Shown one piece after another: positions 1 through 11,460 of a DNA stretch of 64,000 bases (positions within the stretch are counted from its first letter, which is position 1; each line of letters opens with the position of its first letter). The stretch spans positions 23,932,001 through 23,996,000 of the forward strand of contig CM059440.1 of the NCBI GenBank assembly GCA_030390025.1, in the 5' to 3' direction. The translations under genes were made by a program, and so were the position numbers. This DNA is from Squalus acanthias (Eukaryota). Below the pieces are notes generated by a model, which was not told the origin of the DNA, did not search any database, and saw only the letters and a list, made by a program, of their open reading frames with translations.

Positions 1-168
1 AAGAAGGAGTTCGATATATTTCTTAAGGTTAAAGGGATCAAGGGATATGGGGAGAAAGCAGGGACAGGGTACTGAATTTGGATGATCAGCCATGATCTCA
101 TTAAATGGCGGAGCAGGCTCGAGGGGCCGAATGGCCTACTCCTGCTCCTATCTTCTATGTTTCTATGT
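1..168 (+). mobile_element. CR1 (HER1-like) LINE 3' end
   Basis: Tail motif gatcagccatgatc...ggagcaggctcgaggggccgaatggcctactcctgctcc followed by (ttctatgt) repeats. The same motif recurs many times in the window. Confidence 0.85.
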
Positions 169-1001
169 CCTTCGTTCCAGTATAGATTGCAGATGTCTTC
201 CAGCCCATGTCCTTTTCTGGATAGTCACGTCTCTAATTCTGGATTTAGTACTTCTGCATATTGGGAATCAATTGATTCCAACAGCTTTATTCACAACTCT
301 TTCTCCTGGTTCTGTGCATTTAATTTGTCCAACTTTGCAGGTACAAAACGGTCCTCGGCTTTGGTGGTTGTTGTTCATGCTGTGGAACTCACTATTTCAC
401 ATGCAATTTCATCCCCCATCACCGAAATATCTGTTTTTCATACCCAGATTCTCATGCACCTCCTGCATTGGTTTTTACTACCTTCTTTGAAAAGTCCAGG
501 CATAGTTTTTGTATGGTATCCGGCTCCACCATAAGGCCGAGGTGATCAGTAATGAACTTTTAATGTCTCCGTGTTAGTTGAGCATAGTTTTAGCGTCAAC
601 CCCAGAGCAGGATTTTTTAATTCTCCTTGGTGAAAAACCATCGAAACAAAGCTGCCCTCTTATTTACCCTTGGATTAAACAATTGCAGCTCATTCTTTTA
701 CCAGATTATCTTGGCTTGCCCTGAAATAACAAATTATTGGTCACTCACTTTTTCTTTCTCTCCCTTGGTAGAAGTTTTTTTTCCTCTCGCCTTTCTTTTT
801 CCTGAAGGTCAGCTGCTCTTGATATTTCTGTGTAATTCTATGTAATACCCCATACAAGTGGAGCAGAACCCTAACCCTGGGGTGCTGCAGTAAATTCTAA
901 CATTCTAATTGCTGCCTTGGCTGCGATCAATTAATTCAGCACAAACTAGGAATCTTAGCCTATCTGCATGCTCATTACTGTCTTGTATATTGTCTTTATA
1001 C

Positions 1002-1320
1002 GGTAACAGTAGCATAGTAGTTATGTTACTGGACTAGTAATCCAGAGGCCTGGACATGAGTCCAAACATGGCAGCTGGGGAATTTAAATTCAGTTAGTTA
1101 AATAAATCTGGAATAAAAAGCTAGTATCAGTAATGGTGACCATGTAACTACCGGATTGTCGTAAAAACCCATCTGGTTCACGAATGTCCTTTAGGGAAGG
1201 AAATCTGCCGTCCTTACCTGGTCTGGCCTATATGTGACTCCAGACCCACAGCAATGTGGTTGACTCTTAACTGCCCTCTGAAATAGCCTAGCAAGTCACT
1301 CAATTGTACCAAACCACTAC
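1002..1320 (+). mobile_element. tRNA-derived SINE-like head fused to the downstream LINE relic
   Basis: Box A-like tagcatagtag (~1010-1020). Anticodon arm CTGGA-CTAGTAA-TCCAG (1029-1045). Decayed box B (~1058-1067), then a recognisable SINE body ggttcac..tttagggaaggaaatctgccgtccttacc. Confidence 0.7.
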
Positions 1321-3345
1321 AGCATGGGCAAGGAAACCTCCTGCTGATTACCATCTACTGCCAGTGTTCCTGTTAATTTTTTTTTGGGTGCATGGCCCAT
1401 TCAAAATACTGTGCATGTGCTGTTCTTGTCATTGAAAAACCAGTGAGCTGGCTGCGTCGGAGGTCCAGAGAGCCGTGCGGCCGCACAGCTTAAAGGGAAT
1501 ATTGCCTACTGCTTTCCCTCAGCTGATGAATCAGTACTCCTCCAGAACACCACTTGGAAGAAGCACAGAATGTACTCTGGGTGGGGAACTTCAATGCCCA
1601 TCAACAAGAGTGGCTCAGTAGCACCACGACTGACTGAGCTGGCCAAGTCCTGAAGAACATAGCTGCCAGCCTGGGCTTGTAGCAGGTGATAAGAGAACCA
1701 ACCCGAGGGGGTTGGTAGGAGTGACCACCACACAGTCCTTGTGGAAACAAAGTCCCGTCTGAGGAAACCCTCCATTGTGTTGTGTGGCACTACTACCATG
1801 CTAAATGGGATAGATTCAGAACCGGTCGAGCAGCTCAAAGCTGGGCATCCATGAGACACTGGGCCATCAGCACCACCAGAATTGTATTCCACCACAATCT
1901 GAAACCTCATGGCCTGGCATATCACTTCACTCTACCATTACCATCAAGCCAGGGGACCAACCCTGCTTCAACAAAGAGTGTAGTAGAAGAGCATGTCCGG
2001 CTCCAGGCGTACCTAAAAATGAGCTGCTAACTTAGTGAAGCTATAGCACAGGGCAACATGCATGCTAAACAGCAGAAGCAGCATGCTATAGACAGAGCTA
2101 AGCGATCCCACAACCAATGGATCAGATCAAAGCTCTGCAGTCCTGCCACATCCAGTCCTGAATGGTGGTTGACAATTAAATAACTAACAGGAGGAGGAGG
2201 CTCCATAAACATCCCCATCCTCGAAGGCGGAGCACAGCACGTGAGTGCGAAAGACAAGGCTAAAGCGTTGCAACCAGCTTCAGTCAGAAGTGCCGAGTGG
2301 GTGATCCATCGCTGCCTCCTCCTGAGGTCCCCACTATCACAGAAGCCAATCTTCAGCCAATTCGATTCCCTGCACGTGATATCAAGGAACGGCTGAGCTC
2401 CCTGGATACAGCAAAGGCTATGGGCCCCGACAACATCCCGGTTCCAGTGCTGCAGACTTGTACTCCAGAACTAGCCACGCCTCTAGCAAAGCTGTTCCAG
2501 TACAGCTACAACGCTGGCATCTACCTGAAAAAAAGTCCACAAAAAGCAGGACAAATCCAATCTGGCCAATTACCACTCCATTAATCTACTCTCAATCATC
2601 AGCAACATGTTGCCGACAGTGCTATCAAGCGGCACTTACTCACCAATAACCTGCTCACCGATGCTTTGGCTCCAAACATGGACAAAAGAGCTGAATTCCA
2701 GAGGTGAGGTGAGAGTGACTGCCCTTGACATCAAGGCAGCATTTGACCGAGTGTGGCATCAAGGAGCCCTCATAAAATTGAAGTCAATGGGAATCGGGGA
2801 AAACTCTCCACTGGCTGGAGTCATACCGAGCACGAAGGAAGATGGTTGTAGTTGTTTGAGGCCAACAACACTCAAGAAGCTTGACACCATCCAGGACAAA
2901 GCAGCCTGCTTGATTGGCACCCCATCCGCCACCTTAAACATTCACTCCCCCCACCACCGGCGCACCGTGGCTGCAGTGTGTACCATCTACAAGATGCACT
3001 GCAGCAACTTGCCAAGGCTTCTTCTACAGCATCTCCCAAACCCGCGACCTCTACCACCTAGAAGGACAAGGGCAGCAGGCGCCTGGGAACACCGCCACCT
3101 CCCGTGTTCCCCTCCAAGTCACACAACATCCCAACTTGGAAATATATCGACGTTCCTTCATCGTCGCTGGGTCAAAATCCTGGAACTCCCTACCTAACAA
3201 CACTGTGGTGGGCGTACCTTCACCACACGGACTGCAGCGGTTCAAGAAGGCGGTTCACCACCACCACCTTCTCGAGGGCAATTAGGGATGGGCAATAAAT
3301 TCTGGCCTTGCCAGCGACACCCATGTCCTGTGAATGAATAAAAAA
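1321..3345 (+). mobile_element. Internally deleted CR1-group LINE (APE endonuclease + RT relic) with 3' tail
   Basis: Motif remnants WVG(N/D)FN, KAMGPDNIP and ALDIKAAFDRVWHQG. Multiple frameshifts. Ends gggcaattagggatgggcaataaa...gaataaaaaaa. Confidence 0.88.
1362..1504. mobile_element. hAT-type MITE nested in the LINE
   Basis: Termini cagtgttcc / gggaatattg. 8-bp TSD tctactgc / cctactgc (1 mismatch). Confidence 0.75.
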
Positions 3346-6133
3346 GTGTTCATTTGTATGCATTCCACTATCCTTTCAAGTACTTAATTTATCCTCGTCT
3401 CCTCTCTTAATCCTATAAATGGCTTAATTGTCCGCTTCATATCTCCACATAAAGCTTCCCCATAATTTCTACCTGTAGAAAGTCTAATGGGTGATGTATT
3501 TTGTGTGCCTTAGAGCTACCGTTAGGATTTGTAGTTCTACTGATGCAGTCCTCCCCAAAACACACACCTTGCATTCCTGTACTAATGCTACTTTAGCTGA
3601 GCTTTGTCAAAACTGTCTGATGAAAGTTAGAATTTTTTTTTTGTGGTGATACTTTACTGCAGCTAAGTTGTGCTGGCTAAAATTCAACTGAGTGCTATAA
3701 ATCAACTGCTAAAGTTTGACTCCAAAATGTATTTGGTGTTGAATTCCTGTGTTAATACTTTACCTGAAGTGTGTGTTCAGTTTGTCTGAGCAGGTAATAC
3801 AGATTGAAAGATGGAGACTGAGGTGTTGCTCATACAATGACCGATTTCATGGCTGTGTGGTATTGCACTGTGATCTTTTTAGTAGAGCAAATTAATGAGT
3901 GCAATTTTTTTTCCCTTGTTTGGTTAGAGATCAAGCTTCAATTGGACTATTGGTTTGTTTAAAATGCTCTTTATGCATTGCATGGCTATTATGAAGTATT
4001 GCTTTCTGCAGGCCCATTCAAATCATACTGGAGGCTTGTTCTGGTATTGTGGTTGATTATATGACGAACATTGTGGTTAGAAACCAAAACATTTTTACAA
4101 TCCACAACATCTTCTGAAGCTCTGGAAAAGTAGCTAATGTGTCTCATATTTAAAATCCAGGGACAACTTACAAGCCTAATAATGGTACAAGTGACTGCTC
4201 CAGTGCTGTGGATTTATGCTGTCTTGTATTTATTTAAATTTGTCTTGTAGAAAATGTGCCGCCTGCTGCACATTAAGTAAAGAGGATGTGACTGCTACTT
4301 GTGACTCAGAACAGGACGTTCAGCAAGTCCGTCTCTAGGTGGTTTTGCAAGTTTGTGAAAATACTTGCAAGCAAAATTCAGCTGGTAGTGCTGGGATACA
4401 GCTGGTGTAACACTCAAGTGAGTGCTACATATGAAATATTTTAGGTTAAGGAAACTGAACGGAATTAAACTTGAGAAACTGCACATTGTCTTGCATGTGC
4501 ATGCAGGTCTGAACTATATTTCTTTCCCTCGGGCACTAATATCTGGGCAGAAGATTTCCTTTTAGATAGTTTGCCAGATAGCTTGTGGTTAATGCCGCTT
4601 TCTAGCTGCACCAATGGCAAAAACTGTGTAGGCTAGTGTAGTTTCTGGAGTTGGATTTTAAATCATTTCTGTTTAAATTGACTTTGTGGCAAAGTTTGCA
4701 TACGGCTATTGAGTACTCTGGCATAGACAAAGCAGCTTCGCACAAACGGCTTCCTGATTTTAGCATTCAAAACTTCATCACAATATAGTATAAGATTTTT
4801 ATTCTGTGACGAGCTGTTCCACTGATTTGTATTGGCTCACAGTAAACTTTATGGATTGCTGGGTGCAGTACATTCACTCGGGACATAAGGCTAATAATGT
4901 AGTTAACCAAAAGCAAAGTTATCAGTTTATTTAATAAATCAACATTTATGTAGTGCCTGGGCTGACCCCAAGTATCCAGCAGTGACTCTTCCTTTTGCTC
5001 CCACCTGGTTCTCATGTGGAGGAGCTGCCTGATTTTTATGGAAAAGTAGGAAGCAGACATATCAGATGGTTGAGAAACGTAATAGTTATCGCTCGGATTT
5101 TGATTCAGCCTCACAGTTCAGGGGCACGTTCAATCTGCATTGGTACTTCTTAATGATGAAGGATCCTGGTAAAGTTTGTTTGTAAGGAGAATATAATGGG
5201 ATTTATGGACAAAATTACTTTGTGGGACAGGAAATGAATTAGATAAGTACAGCTGTGCCTTGGGGCAGTTATTATCCATTACATTTTTCAATTTGGTTCA
5301 ACCCAGGGCTCAACTTAAAGAGCACAGAATGTCCCAAATAATTATGTTTATCTAAATGATCCACTATTTCTGTTGGGATCAAGACTCAGTTGCACACCTG
5401 GAACAGATCATGTGTGCGTCATTGCTGTAGTACAGGCCTTGGCACGTTAAGCATTCCAGAGATTGTGTTCACTGCTCAACCAGTTTTTAAGCTTGTTTTG
5501 AGGCCTCGAATGCAAAGGTTATTTGACAGACACATTATTGCCACTTAATGTCATCTGAACCTTTTTATGTATTATTCTGTGATATTGCAGCCTATCCTTG
5601 TGGTGTCCTGTTATCCAATATTTCTTGGCAGGAGCTGGGAACGGGAGTAGTCATTCTGTGGAGAATGTGCAATAGGATATGCTATACTCCTATAGCGTGC
5701 AGTGAAATAATACAATTGTTTCAAGTCATGTGATTCTGTACAAGGATCCTGTTGTATCGTTGCCTCTTTCCTTTGACTCCTGCCTTAGTAAAAAATGGCT
5801 GAAAATAATTAACTTTTCACGAAAGGATTCTGTCTCTTTTTCCTCCCAACCTGACACTTCTTTGTATAAAATTGAATTTGCCATCTGTCTGTCCATTCTG
5901 CTAACCTGTCTTTATTCTCCTGAAGTCTTTTATAGTCCTCTTCAGTTTGCCAAACATTTTCTATCTTTGTCATCAGCAAATTTTGATATTGTACTTCCTA
6001 TGGCCCAACGCCAAATCATCTGTATATATTCGCAGTAAAATGGACCCAGCGCTTACTCCCAGGGTACACGACTTCTGACTCTTCTCCAAATTAAGCAACA
6101 GCCAGTAATCCTACCTCTTTGCTTCCTTCCAAT

Positions 6134-6285
6134 TCACCAACTTTTGATGCACCCGCACCAATCCAGGCAAGTGGAGAGTATTCCATCACTCTCCTGACTT
6201 GTGCCTTGTAGGTGGTGGAGAGGCTTTGGGGAATCGGGAAGTGAGTCACTCACCACAGAATACCCAGCCTCTGACTGGTATTTAC
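6134..6285 (-). mobile_element. LINE RT fragment, probably the same family as 1321-3345
   Basis: Reverse strand resembles the post-RT region (aaggcacaagtcaggagagtgatggaatactctccacttgcctgg). Confidence 0.6.
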
Positions 6286-7153
6286 TACAGCTATTACGTT
6301 CCCTATACCTATACAATTTATTTGCTTCTTTCAAAAATGCCTTTAAGTTTGTCATACGTTATTTGCCTATAACCTGAGACTCCCTTTTAATGTGGAAGCA
6401 AGTCATCCTCGGTTCCGAGGGACTGCCGAAGAAGAAGATAACAAATCCCTGTTGGCTGACCTTGGTCATCATATACATCTGTAAATTCTCACTTGAGATC
6501 AAACTATAGATTTGAAGAGTTTGCTCACATCTGACATTACTCTGATTGGTCTGTAGTTACCCAATTTAGCCTTGTCTCCCTACTTTTTTTAACGTTAAAA
6601 TCACCATATAAATGCAAATTGTCTGCAGTTCTATGACCATGGTCACAGAAATAGAAAAGGAGAAATGAAATACCGTCGAATGATTCATGATCCCTCCTCC
6701 CCATGAAGTCGTATCAATACAGTATTAAGTATTTTTGTGAGTACTGTATTTATTAGCTATGAAGGAATAATTCTGAACATTTGATAAACTTGAGAGTTAT
6801 AAGGATAGATATAGATGCTAAAATGTTGTATGGATTATGGTCTTATGCTGCTGGGACAATGGATGATCTATCTGGAATACAACTCATCAGAGTTTATAGT
6901 TTGCGTTATAAGAGTAGAATAATATCCTGAAATTTTGCATGATTACCTTTTGAGGTTCATGGAGAAATTCTGGTCTTGCATCTTGGAGTTGTACCTGTGG
7001 TTAGTTGCGCCTCTCAGGAGATTGAGTGGGCTTGAAGGGAATGAGCTTGATGGGCAAATTAGTGTTTTTCTTCTGTTCGATATTATATATATTTGCAGTA
7101 TAAATGCAGACTTCAATGTCATTAATATATTTTTATCTCGTCCCTTTCCCTAG

Positions 7154-7255
<102 letters not shown>

Positions 7256-7359
7256 TGAAAAAATTAACCAGTTTATTTGGGCTTAGTACCATGCTAGTGC
7301 TGCCAGTTCCTGCCCCTTGGGTCTTGCGCGGCCAACCGTAAGCTTTAAATAAAAAGGAA

Positions 7360-7680
7360 AAACTGGAAATCGGAAATTAAAACGGAAAATCCTGGAGATA
7401 CACAGCAGGTCTGTCAGCATCTCTTGGCTGTGGGTGGTGGAGGGAGGGAAAAATAGGTTATGACCAATGTTCCCTGTAAGCTGCGCTTTGTTCTGCACAG
7501 CCTGTTTCTTTTAGTGCGCGGTCGCTTTACATTTACAATGGGGAAGCCAATGAACGGCCTGTGCAGGACCTTTCCCATTGCTGCGCAGCTCAGAGCAAAC
7601 ATTGGTTATGACGTTTCGGGTCTGTATTCTTTATTAGACCATTACGGGTGCTGACTAACCTGTGTGTTTCTGTTTTTATA
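7360..7680. mobile_element. Decayed Penelope-derived repeat interrupted by a MITE
   Basis: ctggaaatc...cagcaggtctgtcagcatct...gacgtttcgggtc resembles the 7731-7968 family. Confidence 0.55.
7465..7604. mobile_element. 140-bp hAT-type MITE
   Basis: Termini caatgttc / aaacattg. Perfect 8-bp TSD gttatgac at 7457-7464 and 7605-7612. Confidence 0.85.
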
Positions 7681-7730
7681 CCAAAGTGAACTTACGAGAT
7701 TTGCAGCCAGTTTAATAAAAAAAAAAAATA

Positions 7731-7968
7731 CAAAAACAAAATACTGCGGATTCTGGAAATCTGAAGTAAAAACAGAAAATGCTGGAAATACTCAGCAGGT
7801 CAGGCAGCATCTGTGGAGAGGGAAACAGAGTTAAAGTTTCAGGTCGATGACCCTTCATCCGAACTGGCCAGTTCTGACGAAGGGTCAGCGACCTGAAACG
7901 TTAACTTTGTTTCCCCCTCCACGGATGCTGCCTGACCTGCTGAGTATTTCCAGCATTTTCTGTTTTTA
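7731..7968. mobile_element. Penelope-like non-autonomous element forming a ~202-bp palindrome (7767-7968)
   Basis: 101-bp arms symmetric about tgg|cca at 7867/7868. Contains a CTGACGA...GAAACGTT motif. Family assignment is from recall. Confidence 0.75.
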
Positions 7969-8897
7969 TTAAAAAAATATATCCTGCTGCTAACCTTAAT
8001 GACTCTGGCAAGTTTACTTTTGTGTTGCAACAGCATTATGTGCAGTATTTTTTTTGTATATAAAAGCAGCTTTATTGCAACACTTACTCAACCTTCATAC
8101 TTTATTTGCCAGAATGTAATGCAGTTATCCCTGGTGATATCACATTCATTGTAACTCATTTAAACACTGTAAATCAGTTTTTTCTAGCTCTAGATTCGAG
8201 CAACCTTTCTCTCTCATGCCTAATTGCCACCACAATGTCCAGCTGCTTGATTTCCAAATATGATATGGAGTCAAGAATTCTGTGTTCATGCTTGATATGA
8301 TCAGAAACCAATTGCAGCGCTGGAACTAGATGCCACAATTAATTGTTCAGTGATGTAGAAGTATCCTTTTCCTGTTTGAGTCCTCATCATTTTTTTATTT
8401 CATTTTTTTCTGCAGTGGTTTCCCAATTCTCAAACAAATTTTAGTACAATATTCAATTCTCATTTTCATTTTAAGATGTCTTAAATATGTCTTTTGCTTG
8501 CTCTGCTAAGGATTTGACTGGTTGATATTGTAAAACCCTTTATTCTTCATATTGTACATGTATCAACTTTTCAAAGGTGCAATTTCATTTTGAAATAGAT
8601 GCTTGACTTTATAAGTACTGTTGTGATAACCCATTCATTTTGTGCTTCATCAAGTTGTAACTCCACTATGAAGCAGGAAATCAAAATAACAAAATCCCAT
8701 AGCTAGGATAATCTGCTATCTTCATGCACATTGTCTGAAAAGTAATTTCACCCTTTAAGAATGACTCTCCTGCACTCCAAAGTTGACCCTCTGCACTTGG
8801 CTGTATGTCAGATCTTTGCTTTTGTTGCAACCTCAATTCTCTCCTGTTATCAGCAGCTATATGATTATTGTAGTACTGCTACAATATTACTACTGCT

Positions 8898-9590
8898 AGT
8901 AATCAAAAAGACTAATGGAATGTTGCCCTTCATCTCAAGGAGGTTGGAATTCAGAAGTGAGGAAGTGCTGTTGTTGTATAGGGACTCAGTCAGACCCCAT
9001 CTGGTGTACTGCGTTCAGTTTTGGGCACCAAACCTCGGGAAAGATCTATTGGTCTCGGAAGGGGTACAGCGCAGATTTAACAGAATGATACCAGGGCTTA
9101 AAGGGTTCAATTATGAGGATAGATTACATAAACTTGGTTTGTAGTCCCTTGAGTTTAAAAGGTTGCGGGGGTGATGTAATGGACATGTTTTCAATGATAA
9201 AGGGATTCAATAGGGTAGTACAGAGAAACTATTTCCTCTGGTGGGGGAATCCAAAACTAGACCGCATAACCTTAAAGTTAGAGCGAGACGATTTAGGAGT
9301 GAAATCAGGAAGCACTTTTTCACACAATAGGTAGTGGAAATTTAGAAAACTCTCCCTCAAAAGGCTGTGAATGCTGGGTCAATTGAAATTTCCAATACTG
9401 AGATCGATAGATTTTTGTTGGGTGAGGGTATCAAAGGGTGTGGAACGTAGGCAGGTAAATGGATTTGAGATACAGATCAGCTTTGATCTAAAGACAGTTG
9501 AAAGAACTTGCATTTATATGGCGCCTTTCACGACCTCAGGATGTCCCAAAGTGCTTAATTGAATGGCTTGAGGGGCTGAATGGCCTCTGT
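8898..9590 (+). mobile_element. CR1 LINE 3' portion, with a ~65-bp antisense L2/DeuSINE tail inserted at ~9495-9558
   Basis: ORF2 remnant VRPHLVYCVQFWAP...EGVQRRFNRMIPGLKG followed by a CR1 3' UTR. Confidence 0.88.
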
Positions 9591-9914
9591 TCCATTGGTC
9601 AGCAATGGCATTTATTAAAATACTGTTTGGGTTTGAAAAGTTTTGCAGACAATTTTTCTGATTTCATAAAGCTTTCCCGCCTCAAGTTTTAAGATCATAG
9701 TTGGTCCAATGGCTTTGTCGTTTTCAGTCTTGTTTTTAGTTGTGGTTGCTCCATCCATGGTCAATAGCAACTTGCAATTAAGATCTGAATTAAATGTCAT
9801 GATCTTTTCTGGTGACATGCCCACGGCAAAGCTTTTTGCATGACTTAAGAGTTCTGAAACTTGTTCTACCTTTAGGTTTTGATTAACCAATTTGAGGCCC
9901 TGGAAGGGTAAGCT

Positions 9915-10310
9915 TACTACAAAAACATGTATTTGTATAGCACATTCAATATAAACCTCCCAAGGTGCTTTACAACAGGGTTAGATAAGGGAATGGACAC
10001 TGAGACATGAAGGGAGAGATTAGGAGGAATGACTGAAAGCTGGGTGGAAAAGATAGGCTTAAAAAGGTTTTTAAAGGTGGAGAAAGAAGTAGCTCGGTTT
10101 CAGGAGGTCATTCAAGAGAACAAGTCCAAGGCATCTTCAAGCTCTGTCACCAATGGTGGGGTAAAGGCGGGGGTTGGTGGAGGGAGGGCGAGAAATGCAC
10201 ACAAGGCCAGAGTCTGAGCACCAGATGGGGCAGGATGAGGCCGAGGGATTTGTAGACGAGGACAAGGATTTTAAATTTAATGTGTTGGGGACAGGCTTGA
10301 TATCCTTGGG
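9915..10310 (-). mobile_element. Old L2-like LINE 3' fragment
   Basis: tgtatttgtatagcac...aaggtgctttac tail signature in reverse orientation, followed by a purine-rich L2-like body. Confidence 0.55.
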
Positions 10311-11109
10311 TTTAGAAAGACCTGAACTTCCAGTCCCACAAAGAAACATTCTTCTAACTCCAGGCCAAGTTGCAGATTCTACTTGAAGCAGCAACTGCTT
10401 GTGCAGTGATGCACTAGGGAACCCTTGGCTGCAGAAAGTGAGGTTGTGACACCTTTTGTGGAGTAGGATCACGTAATGTGCATGCTGTAAAATTCTTAAA
10501 GGGGCAATGCATCCACATGACTTCTGCTCTGCTCACCCATGAAGCTGGCTGATTATCCTGTTTGTGTGTGCAGACTGCCTGCATTCAGAGTACAAAGGGA
10601 CCATTCCTATGGTAGGTGATTAAGCATTTGTTGGTGCTTTGTGCAATACATACCAGCAAGATCGAAACAATTCATCAGCACCAGTACCAGATGAGGCAGA
10701 ACTCTACCCTTTACTGTGAATTCCAGATGGCAGTTTGGGTCACTAATCTAGTTATAAAACACAGCTCTGAACTTGTTAGTTAATTGTCCAAACATTGACT
10801 ACTTTGGTTTATAAGAGATGATCTGAAGCTTGTGTGTTTAATCAGATCTGTCATCAGAAAAGTTGCATCATATTCATTTTTAAAATCAATAGCAATTCAG
10901 TACACAATAACTAAGCTATCCATGAAATTATGTATTTCACTTCTGTTTGAGTAAAGTCTTTCTTAAGGCACCTAACTACCTGTGCGCATTATCCTTTAAC
11001 TGGTAAAACTTTGGTGCCATTTCTTTAACGTTACTTTGTTCATTTAATTATTGTTTTAAAAAATGGAATTCCATTTGGAACAGATTAAAAGGTTCACTAA
11101 GGTGCTTGC

Positions 11110-11460
11110 TCTGGTATACAACAATTACTTGCATTTCTATAGTGTTCTTCACATGCAGGAGGATGTTTAAAATTTTGGGGAAATAAACTTTTAATAAGCA
11201 AGAGGGGGAAAGCTCAGATTTTGGTTTGGAGCTGAAGGCGTGCTTGAAGAAAAGGGTTTTGAAATCGGCAAGGTGGCGGGAACAAAGCAGTGAGTTCCAG
11301 AGGGCAGGTGTGTAGTGACTGAACAAGCAGCCATGGAGTGGAGTGGAGAACAACCAGAAGGAGGAGAAAAGGTTATGTGTGGGCTCAAAAGGCTGGGTAC
11401 AATCACTAATATAGGTTGGGCAAAGCATGAATGCATTTGAAATTGAGGATGTGAATTTTT
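11110..11460 (-). mobile_element. Old L2-like LINE 3' fragment
   Basis: Reverse ORF remnant FSHYTPALWNSL...FKTLFFKHAF is typical of the L2 ORF2 C-terminus. Tail acttgcatttctatag. Confidence 0.65.

Noticed and set aside
1002-1070. Functional tRNA-Thr gene
   Set aside because: Only the anticodon arm is intact. The T-arm/box B is decayed and there is no acceptor stem, so it is a SINE-type head.
2297-3298. Intact reverse transcriptase gene
   Set aside because: Fragmented by frameshifts and large internal deletions, including the catalytic YADD-type region, so it is non-functional.
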